From positions 1 through 24,672 of the forward strand of contig JBBIRR010000053.1 of the NCBI GenBank assembly GCA_037441705.1: DNA of 24,672 nt. Reading direction: 5' to 3'. How positions within the stretch are numbered: the stretch's first letter is position 1; the number at the start of each line of letters is the position of its first letter. This DNA is from Ignavibacteriales bacterium (lineage in GTDB: Bacteria; Bacteroidota; Ignavibacteria; UBA10030; UBA6906). This document shows positions 17,680-24,672 of this stretch, piece after piece. The notes beneath the pieces are model-generated. The model did not search any database, had not been told where the DNA came from, and saw nothing but the letters and a program-made list of their open reading frames with translations. The translations under genes and the position numbers were made by a program.

Positions 17680-20253
17680 TCAGTTCTGTTGTTCCGCGGG
17701 CAGCGTAAAATAAAATGTCGTGCCTGTCCCCACTTCCGACTCGACCCAGATGCGCCCGCCGTACATCTCGACAATCTTTTTGACAATCGTCAGTCCAATT
17801 CCTGTACTCTCATAGTCATCACGTGAGGAAAGGGTTTGGAAAATCTGAAAGATCTTTTGGAAGTGGCGCTGCTCAATGCCGGGCCCATTGTCCGCAATGC
17901 TGAACTTCCAGTGACCATTCTCACGCGTACATCCCACCTCCACAACACCGGTCGGCTTGTCCATGAATTTGACGGCGTTGGCAATCAGGTTCTGAAACAC
18001 CTGTTGAATCCTTGTTGCCTCCCCCTGTATCATCGGCAAAGGATGATGAATCTTCACACGAATATGTTCCGGCGGCGCAATCGAATCCACAATCTCAGGA
18101 AGAAGTTTGTCGAGATCGACGGGGGCGACGGCTTCCACCGTTCGTCCGATGCGCGAGTAGCGCAGGATCCCTTCAATCAGATCGTGCATGCGTTTTGTCC
18201 TGCCCAGGAGAACCTGCAGAAGCTCCTTTCCGTCGTCTCCAAGTTTGTCGCCGTAATCCTCCGCCAGCCAGTTGACCAGCGAGCCGATGGCGCGCAGAGG
18301 AGCTTTGAGATCGTGAGAAACGATGTAGGCGAAGTCATTTAACTCTTTGTTGATGTTCTCGAGGTCACGGAGAAGTTTCATCCGCTGCTCTTCGGCGCGC
18401 TTGCGTTCGGTGATGTCCACGTACATCCCGAACACTCCTACAGCAACACCGGCAATGCGGATGGGTATGCCGTAGATTTCAACGTTGACTTCTTTGCCGT
18501 CTTTTGCAATGCGAGTGCTTTCGACGTGGAGGGATTCACCCAGCAACACCCGCTGCGAAAGCTCGTTGCCCTCGTTGCGGAGCGACGGGGGCACGATCGT
18601 GTCGTTAACTCTACGTCCACATAACTCCTGCAGCGAGTAGCCGAACAATTTCTGGAACGTACCGTTGGCATGCAGAATGCGCTCGTTGTTATCAGCGAGA
18701 ATGATTCCGATCGGCGCGTTTTCGAAGAGTTGCTCGAACCGAGCCTTCTCAAGGCGGATCGCTTCCTCGGCGCGCCTGCGCTCGGTGATGTCCACGTACA
18801 TCGCAAACATACCGAGAGGTTTCCCTCCTGCCATCACAGGAACGCCGTAGAGTTCCACGTACAGCGTGCTGCCGTCCTTGCGCCGACGCAGCGCCTCCAC
18901 GTGCACGCAATCTCCTTGTAGTATCTGGCTGGAATAGCGGTCCCCCTCGGCGCGCAGTTCGTCAGGAATCACGACGTGGTTGATGGACTTTCCGGCAATA
19001 TCATCGATCGTGAAGCCGAACATCCGTTCGAATGCTTTGTTGATGCGGATAATTCTTTCGCCCTCATCGGTCAGGACAACGCCTGCGGGAACATTTTCGA
19101 ACAGTTGCTCGAAGCGCGCTTTTTCCTGAAGAATTGCCGCCTCATTCTGGCGACGTTCCGTGATGTCGCGGAAGATACCGCGAATGGATACGGAGTGCTG
19201 CTCGTCATCGTAGCTTCGGGAAAGGCTGCCTTCGACCACAACCTCGCGGCCCGCACGCGTGGCGAAGACGGTTTCTATCCGCTTGGCCACATCACCTTCC
19301 AGGGCTCGCTGGAAAGCGATCTTGAAGGAGGAAAGGTATTCATCCGCAACGATGTCGTAGATGTGGAGATGAACGACTTCGGTATCGGTGTAGCCCAGGG
19401 TTTCCCTGAAGGAACGGTTGACGAATTCAAATCTCCCTTCACTGTCCAGACTCAGAATGAGATCACTGGCACTTTCGAACAGGTCTCGATAGTTCTTCTC
19501 GCTCTGCTGTACGCGCGCATACGCATGAGAGAGATCGTCCACCATGGTATTGAATGCCCTGGCGAGATGGCCGATCTCGTCCCGCGCGTTAGTGGACACG
19601 CGCTGGTTCCAGTCTCCCTGCGCCAGGCGATCGGCTGCCTTTGCGATCCGTTCCAGCGGCCGCGTCACCACCGTGCTGAGAAGTATGGTAAGGAGTATCC
19701 CAGCTAACCAGATGCAGGCGCTGACTAGCGCAATGGTGGATCGGCTCTGCTGGATCTCGGCATGCACTTCGTCCAGGCTCAAGCCGACATAGACCCGACC
19801 GAGCAGCTTGTCATGGGCAATGACCGGAAGGGAGGTTTGAAACGTCAGGCCATCAGCCGAAATCCTGTCAACGATATCGTTCTGCGCGTATTCGAGGGAG
19901 TCGGCGCGGAGGGAATCATACGTCGCAATGACGTTTCCTTCCGCGTCTACCACCATCACGTAGTCCAGACCGGGATTCCGTTTGGCGCTTATGACGGCGG
20001 CACAGACTGATGGACGATCATCGTTTTGCAGCGCAAGGCTGACGTTGTACGCCATCATGGCACTGATGCTTCGTGCGCGCTCGGCAATCTCACGTTTCGA
20101 CTTCGTTTCGAGCTGACGGGGTACATACCAATAGATGAAGGTCGCAATCAGCGCGAGCAGCAGCCCCGTAAGCGCGGCGAATTTCATACGAACAGAGAAA
20201 AGCCATTGCGGCATGCGTAGAACCTTCAGGATGCCCGTGGGTGTACTCATCAA
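17680..20253 (-). CDS. Membrane sensor histidine kinase, TM-periplasmic domain-TM-HAMP-3xPAS-HisKA-HATPase (phytochrome-type kinase core)
   Basis: Two TM helices; HAMP (RPLERI...RDEIGHLARAFNTM); three PAS domains ending DITER; H-box FAYIVSHDLKAPLRAI; QVFQNLIANAVKF, DNGPGI, IFQIFQTL, STGIGL and GTTFYFTLP. Confidence 0.95.
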   Translation of the reverse strand: MMSTPTGILKVLRMPQWLFSVRMKFAALTGLLLALIATFIYWYVPRQLETKSKREIAERARSISAMMAYNVSLALQNDDRPSVCAAVISAKRNPGLDYVMVVDAEGNVIATYDSLRADSLEYAQNDIVDRISADGLTFQTSLPVIAHDKLLGRVYVGLSLDEVHAEIQQSRSTIALVSACIWLAGILLTILLSTVVTRPLERIAKAADRLAQGDWNQRVSTNARDEIGHLARAFNTMVDDLSHAYARVQQSEKNYRDLFESASDLILSLDSEGRFEFVNRSFRETLGYTDTEVVHLHIYDIVADEYLSSFKIAFQRALEGDVAKRIETVFATRAGREVVVEGSLSRSYDDEQHSVSIRGIFRDITERRQNEAAILQEKARFEQLFENVPAGVVLTDEGERIIRINKAFERMFGFTIDDIAGKSINHVVIPDELRAEGDRYSSQILQGDCVHVEALRRRKDGSTLYVELYGVPVMAGGKPLGMFAMYVDITERRRAEEAIRLEKARFEQLFENAPIGIILADNNERILHANGTFQKLFGYSLQELCGRRVNDTIVPPSLRNEGNELSQRVLLGESLHVESTRIAKDGKEVNVEIYGIPIRIAGVAVGVFGMYVDITERKRAEEQRMKLLRDLENINKELNDFAYIVSHDLKAPLRAIGSLVNWLAEDYGDKLGDDGKELLQVLLGRTKRMHDLIEGILRYSRIGRTVEAVAPVDLDKLLPEIVDSIAPPEHIRVKIHHPLPMIQGEATRIQQVFQNLIANAVKFMDKPTGVVEVGCTRENGHWKFSIADNGPGIEQRHFQKIFQIFQTLSSRDDYESTGIGLTIVKKIVEMYGGRIWVESEVGTGTTFYFTLPAEQQN
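18376..19125 (-). repeat. Intragenic tandem duplication of a 125-aa PAS module
   Basis: EKARFEQLFEN is encoded at 19093-19125 and again at 18718-18750 (375 nt period); both copies end MYVDITERxRAEE. Confidence 0.85.
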
Positions 20254-20296
20254 GAATCGAGTCTAACGGTTAATTGGTGGTCTGCCCGGCGCATTC

Positions 20297-20325
20297 TTGC
20301 TTCTCGGCGACGTTCTGGATATATT
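20297..20325 (+). promoter_or_regulatory. Probable sigma70-type promoter of the plus-strand cluster
   Basis: TTGCTT-17 nt-TATATT, 30 nt upstream of the TTG start at 20356. Confidence 0.55.
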
Positions 20326-20355
20326 TCCGCACACAATGCAGCGCCAGGACAGAGC

Positions 20356-22437
20356 TTGTCACACTCCCCCATCCTCCATCGTGTATTTCTCATCATTGTA
20401 ATCATCGGCAGTTTTCATTCCTCTCTTTGTTCACAAATCCCTCCACCATCACAATCCGCGCCCGCCGACCCAACCGGCCTCTCCTCCTCAATCGGTGATT
20501 CAACTTATGTCGCGGGGACTGATACTCTTTATCGCAAGGTGAATGCCGACTCTGCTGCTGTGCTCGACACCACGCGGATGAGCACGCCTGCGCTCGTGGG
20601 GACGTATGACCGCTCACTCGATTCTACAAACTTCCTTACCACGGAAGACCTGGCCTTCCTGGATTACCGCTACCTTGGCGGCATTCTCGAAACGATGCCC
20701 GGCGTCTTCATTCGGGATCAGCAAAGCGAGGGACAGTATAACCAGCTCAACCTGCGCGGCGCCGATTGGCGTGCTATCGCTGTCACCGCAAACGGTAGAC
20801 TCTTGAACGATCCTGCTTCAGGCATCTACAATCTCTATCATTTTACAACGGAATATGCCGATCGCATTGAGCTGATCACCGGGCCACGCGCGTTCCTCTA
20901 CGGCGTGAACAGCACCGGCGGGGCCGTGAACCTCGTGACAAAGAATTACAACAGCAATCGCCCGTTCTCCAAAATCAACTACACCGAAACGGCATACAAC
21001 TACGCCTACAGCGACGGCACGTTCAGCCAGAACATCTCGCGGAAGGTGAATTTCACGTTCGGCTTCCAGCACCAGAGCACGGACGGAAAATTCCTGGCGA
21101 GTATTCACGATGCCTGGAACATGCGTGTGAAGCTGCGGTACAATCTGTCTCGGAACTTCAATATCATTCTCTCCGAGTACCTGACCCACACGCAAACAGA
21201 CTTGAACGGCGGCGTGGATCCGGCGAAGACCGGCATTCCCACATTTGCATTCGATCGCATTCGCGCGGTGATGCGCAACTACGACAGCTACGAAAAGATC
21301 AACCGCCACGATGTCGACCTCTCGCTCGTCGGGACGATCCTGGGCGATACAACCAACGTGTCCATGCTCTCCCTCTACTACTCCACAAACTTCCGCGAGT
21401 ATCGCGATGGACCGCAGCGGGCGACGTTCCCATCGAACGACGTCATCATCAACTCCGATCATCGTTCGTCGTGGATGGGGCTGTTGTTCACACAAGACTA
21501 TCACACGCAGCTCCAACGATTCAACCTCGGAGCGAATATCGAACTACGCCAGATTGAGGGAAGCCCAAACCTCGGCAGAAGGAGAAACACCATCGGCAGC
21601 CTCTGGGCGAAGGAAGAAATTCTTGTTGGTCCGTTCCTCACCGTTGCCGTTTTCGGAAGGTACGACCGGTACCTGAAAGAATCGGCTCTCGGCTTCGGTG
21701 CCGATGTGGCGTTCGAACTGAGCACGATGCTTAAACTCTTCGGCGGCTTTTCCACGTCCAGGCGCTTCCCCACGTACCAGGAACTTTTTTGGACCGATAG
21801 CACCGTCAATCGGATCGCCCCCATCATACCCGAGCGCCACCAGACGATTGAACTGGGCAGCAGGCTGCGCGTCGGCGCTGTGCTCGATCTCCATGTAGCA
21901 TACTTCCACCGCACAATCGAGCATCCGATTCTCCTCCGGCCGTTCGGCAGCAACGCCATCTTTCCCGGCATCGAATTCGCAAACGGTGACAAGCTCATCA
22001 CCAACGGTATCGAGGCACGACTCCGTGCCCGTGTATGGGTCCTGGTGGCCGAAGCGACCGGCATGTTCATCACGCAGCAGAATGAAGCAGGAACATCTCT
22101 CACGCGGTATCCACGCTTCACCACCAGCGGCGGACTCTACTTCTGGCAGCGCCTGCTGAACGACAATCTCGAACTCAAGGTGGGTTTTCGCGGGCGCTTC
22201 GTATCGAGTTCCCTGGGCGAACAATTCAACCCGGAAGTGCTCGCGTACGTCCAGAACACCGGCACTCCTCTGGGCTTCGGCTCGTCGGTGGACGGGTTCC
22301 TGATTGCGGCGATCGGCAACGCGTACGTCCATTTCATGTGGGAGAATCTCTCGAACGCTCGTTACTACATTACGCCGTACTATCCCGTGCTTGATCGTGC
22401 AATCAAGTTCGGCATCTCCTGGCAGTTCCTTGATTAG
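20356..22437 (+). CDS. Outer-membrane beta-barrel protein with TonB-dependent receptor plug domain
   Basis: Signal peptide; plug motifs LETMPGVFI, LNLRG, NGRLLND and RIELITGPRAFLYG...GGAVNLVTK; amphipathic beta strands; C-terminus KFGISWQFLD. TTG start is uncertain. Confidence 0.88.
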   Translation: MSHSPILHRVFLIIVIIGSFHSSLCSQIPPPSQSAPADPTGLSSSIGDSTYVAGTDTLYRKVNADSAAVLDTTRMSTPALVGTYDRSLDSTNFLTTEDLAFLDYRYLGGILETMPGVFIRDQQSEGQYNQLNLRGADWRAIAVTANGRLLNDPASGIYNLYHFTTEYADRIELITGPRAFLYGVNSTGGAVNLVTKNYNSNRPFSKINYTETAYNYAYSDGTFSQNISRKVNFTFGFQHQSTDGKFLASIHDAWNMRVKLRYNLSRNFNIILSEYLTHTQTDLNGGVDPAKTGIPTFAFDRIRAVMRNYDSYEKINRHDVDLSLVGTILGDTTNVSMLSLYYSTNFREYRDGPQRATFPSNDVIINSDHRSSWMGLLFTQDYHTQLQRFNLGANIELRQIEGSPNLGRRRNTIGSLWAKEEILVGPFLTVAVFGRYDRYLKESALGFGADVAFELSTMLKLFGGFSTSRRFPTYQELFWTDSTVNRIAPIIPERHQTIELGSRLRVGAVLDLHVAYFHRTIEHPILLRPFGSNAIFPGIEFANGDKLITNGIEARLRARVWVLVAEATGMFITQQNEAGTSLTRYPRFTTSGGLYFWQRLLNDNLELKVGFRGRFVSSSLGEQFNPEVLAYVQNTGTPLGFGSSVDGFLIAAIGNAYVHFMWENLSNARYYITPYYPVLDRAIKFGISWQFLD

Positions 22438-23049
22438 ATGTCGCCCGCCGATCGGCGGACGCCGCACGTGCCCAGCATTATGGCCCAACCGACAAAGAGG
22501 ATCATCGTTTCCGTCTTCGGCAGTTCTCATCCGCGCGAAGGCGATGCTGACTATGCGTTCGCCTACGACCTCGGCGCATTGCTTGCCAGACAGGGATACA
22601 CCGTATGCAACGGCGGCTACGGAGGTGTCATGGAAGCTTCGGCACGCGGGGCGAAGTCGGCAGGAGGAATGACGATCGGCGTTACCTTCCGCGCTTCGGG
22701 TGGAAGGGCTGCGAATCCATGGATTGATGAAGTGATCGAGATGGAGACGTTGATGGAACGCCTGCACAAGCTCATTTCGTTGGGTGACGCGTACGCGGTG
22801 CTGCGCGGCGGGACGGGAACGATGCTGGAGCTGGCTGCCGTGTGGGAGTTCCTGAACAAGCGTATGATGCCGCCGAAGCCGGTGGTCGCGCTCGGCACGT
22901 TCTGGGCCGACGTTGTGCATACACTGCGTGAGCAACTACGTGCCGAAAACTCGGCAGCAGCAGAGGCCGTTGTCCTTGCACACTCGCCGCAACAGTTCGT
23001 AGATGTTTTGCGTACACGCCTTTCGACAACAACCACAAAAGGAGCCTAG
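22438..23049 (+). CDS. LOG/SLOG-family nucleotide-binding protein (putative phosphoribohydrolase)
   Basis: VSVFGSS, NGGYGGVMEASARGA, ANPWID, ER and RGGTGTMLEL (variant of PGGxGTxxE). Start 22438 or 22480. Confidence 0.88.
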   Translation: MSPADRRTPHVPSIMAQPTKRIIVSVFGSSHPREGDADYAFAYDLGALLARQGYTVCNGGYGGVMEASARGAKSAGGMTIGVTFRASGGRAANPWIDEVIEMETLMERLHKLISLGDAYAVLRGGTGTMLELAAVWEFLNKRMMPPKPVVALGTFWADVVHTLREQLRAENSAAAEAVVLAHSPQQFVDVLRTRLSTTTTKGA

Positions 23050-23050
23050 C

Positions 23051-23527
23051 ATGTCGCACGAGATCTCACTCCTTCTTGCTCTCATCGATGAGGCGTACGA
23101 ACAAAAAACCTGGCATGGCCCGAACCTCAAAGGTTCCCTACGCGGCATCTCCGCGGAAGAAGCGGCGTGGCGACCCTCGTCCGGACGTCACAACATCTGG
23201 GAGGTCGCCGTGCATGCAGCGTACTGGAAGTACACCGTGAAGCGGCGACTGTTAGGCGAGAAGCGCGGCATGTTTCCTCTGAAAGGCAGCAATTGGTTCC
23301 ACCTGCCTCAGACGAAAAGCGACGCAGCGTGGAAAGAACATCTTCGGCTGCTGGACGAGACGCACCGGGCTATGCGCAAAGCCATCGCATCTTTGCCGGC
23401 TTCGAGACTTCACAACACTCCTCCGCGCAGCAAACATACCAACATCGCAGTCATCTACGGCATCGCCTTTCACGACGTCTATCATGCCGGACAGATTCAA
23501 CTCTTGAAACGCTTGATGCGAGCATGA
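23051..23527 (+). CDS. DinB/YfiT-family metal-binding four-helix-bundle protein
   Basis: WHGPNL, HNIWEVAVHAAYW and HDVYHAGQIQLLKR; RBS AAGGAG; ATG at 23051. Confidence 0.9.
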   Translation: MSHEISLLLALIDEAYEQKTWHGPNLKGSLRGISAEEAAWRPSSGRHNIWEVAVHAAYWKYTVKRRLLGEKRGMFPLKGSNWFHLPQTKSDAAWKEHLRLLDETHRAMRKAIASLPASRLHNTPPRSKHTNIAVIYGIAFHDVYHAGQIQLLKRLMRA

Positions 23528-24444
23528 CCACACCTCCGACAACGACCAGCGATACAACGATCTCGTTTCGCGTTGCGCTGGCGTACCTCAGCGTGTTCAT
23601 CATCTGGGGTTCGACGTATCTCGCGATTCGCGTCGGCGTACAGGATTTGCCGCCGGCACTGTTTGCGGGCTTGCGCTTTCTCTGTGCAGGCACGTTGATG
23701 CTGGCGTACGGAAAACTCCGAGGCTTTCCGCTCCCCAACCGACGCGGCATACGCGATCTCTCCATCACCGGTTTGTTCCTTCTCGTCGGCGGCAACCTGT
23801 TGGTGGTCTGGTCGGAGAAAACAATTCCCTCCGGACTTGCCGCGCTTATCATCGCCATCGTGCCGCTGTTCATGTCCACCATCGATTCGTTCATGCCGAA
23901 GGGGCAGACGCTCTCCTTGTTGGGATGGATCGGGATTGTTGTCGGGATTGCGGGCACCTTCATTCTCGTCTCGCCGAGCCTGGGATGGGCGCCTGGAGAG
24001 CATCTTGACCCGCTGGGCATTGGAGGTCTGCTGCTGGCATGCCTCCTCTGGTCTATCGGTTCGGTCTATTCACGTCATCATCATGTGGAAGGAAACATCT
24101 TCGTCAATTCCGGTGTTCAGAATCTTGTACCGGGACTTCTGCTGGTGGTGCTGGGCGCGCTTGCCGGAGAGTTTTCGGAACTGCATCTGACGCAGAACGG
24201 CACGCTCGCTCTCCTCTATTTGATTGTGTTTGGATCGATTCTGGGCTACACTTCCTATGTCTATTTGCTGCGACATCAGCCGCCGGCGAAAGCTTCGACG
24301 TATGCGTACGTCAATCCTATCGTGGCGATCTTCCTCGGCTGGTTGATTCTGGATGAGCCTGTTACACTCCGAACGGGAATTGCGGCGCTGGTGATTCTCA
24401 CAGGCGTTGCCATCGTTCAACTGTCAAAGATGAAGAAGACGTAG
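23524..24444 (+). CDS. EamA/DMT-family transporter (YedA-like)
   Basis: ATG at 23524 overlaps the dinB stop (ATGA). IWGSTYLAIR, PSGLAAL, LLYLIVFGSILGY and STYAYVNPIVAIFLGWLILDE; about 10 TM segments. Confidence 0.93.
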   Translation: MTTPPTTTSDTTISFRVALAYLSVFIIWGSTYLAIRVGVQDLPPALFAGLRFLCAGTLMLAYGKLRGFPLPNRRGIRDLSITGLFLLVGGNLLVVWSEKTIPSGLAALIIAIVPLFMSTIDSFMPKGQTLSLLGWIGIVVGIAGTFILVSPSLGWAPGEHLDPLGIGGLLLACLLWSIGSVYSRHHHVEGNIFVNSGVQNLVPGLLLVVLGALAGEFSELHLTQNGTLALLYLIVFGSILGYTSYVYLLRHQPPAKASTYAYVNPIVAIFLGWLILDEPVTLRTGIAALVILTGVAIVQLSKMKKT

Positions 24445-24453
24445 CGCGTACAC

Positions 24454-24672
24454 ATGGAACACTCGTCTGCACCGATACGGATCGCCGTGCGCGAAGCGGG
24501 ACTTCTTCTCCTCGCGTCCGCCCTTCTGGGGTTTGCATACACGTTCGTCATGAAGAAGGGATTTTTCGGCCCGGCACAACAACCCCCGCCACCGACGGCA
24601 GCGGTTCCACCCGAGTTCATTTCGTTTGAAGAAGCCGTCCAACTCTACAACGCCGGCACCGCCCTTTTTGTC
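24454..24672 (+). CDS. Membrane-anchored rhodanese-like domain protein (3'-truncated; absent from the ORF track)
   Basis: My translation: MEHSSAPIRIAVREAGLLLLASALLGFAYTFVMKKGFFGPAQQPPPPTAAVPPEFISFEEAVQLYNAGTALFV. One TM helix, a Pro-rich linker, then the ISxEEAxxLxxxGxAxFV(D) opening typical of rhodanese domains. The active site lies outside the window. Confidence 0.65.
   Translation, partial: MEHSSAPIRIAVREAGLLLLASALLGFAYTFVMKKGFFGPAQQPPPPTAAVPPEFISFEEAVQLYNAGTALFV

Noticed and set aside
17680-20253. Bacteriophytochrome call for the sensor kinase
   Set aside because: Only the kinase core is phytochrome-like. There is no PAS-GAF-PHY module or chromophore DIP motif, and the protein is membrane-anchored.
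14996-20355. Signalling cassette as a mobile element or island
   Set aside because: No transposase, integrase, terminal repeats or target-site duplication visible, and no obvious compositional shift.
21544-22935. 463-aa minus-strand ORF opposite the barrel and LOG genes
   Set aside because: Spans two well-supported plus-strand genes and has no domain signature.
23167-23523. 119-aa N-terminal extension of the EamA ORF
   Set aside because: Overlaps the DinB gene in another frame; the ATGA-coupled start at 23524 gives a normal-length EamA. The same reasoning trims the extended starts of kdsD, kdsC, the FmdB protein and the 6142-6708 ORF.

Overview
Bacterial chromosomal segment, moderately GC-rich and densely coding. 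It is most consistent with the Ignavibacteria/Chlorobi/Bacteroidota (FCB) lineage, based on a T9SS C-terminal sorting domain, a long OstA-like LptA, a lipoprotein-type LptC and several Gln-after-signal-peptide secreted proteins. Left to right: 3' end of valS; a convergent secreted TIGR03790-like protein with a T9SS tail; a ~540 bp divergent intergenic region; orphan pilM-like gene, rsmD, coaD, a class I aminotransferase and an FmdB-type zinc-ribbon protein (+); a long minus-strand, largely translationally coupled operon of a glutamate/aspartate symporter, kdsA, kdsC, an unknown ORF, kdsD, lptC, lptA-like and lptB, followed by a small secreted Cys/His/Met-rich protein; divergent ispE; a three-gene minus-strand phosphorelay (membrane HAMP-3xPAS kinase, Rcp1-like receiver, REC-PAS-PAS hybrid kinase); and a plus-strand cluster of TonB-plug/beta-barrel protein, LOG-family, DinB-family, EamA transporter and a truncated membrane-anchored rhodanese-like gene. 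I saw no rRNA, tRNA, CRISPR array, transposase or integrase. Most of the window is housekeeping. The best candidates for undescribed biology are the unknown gene locked into the Kdo/Lpt operon, the TIGR03790-T9SS fusion with its structured upstream region, the extra domain in the symporter, and the barrel-LOG-DinB-EamA-rhodanese cluster. All family calls come from motif recognition by eye; no searches were run.
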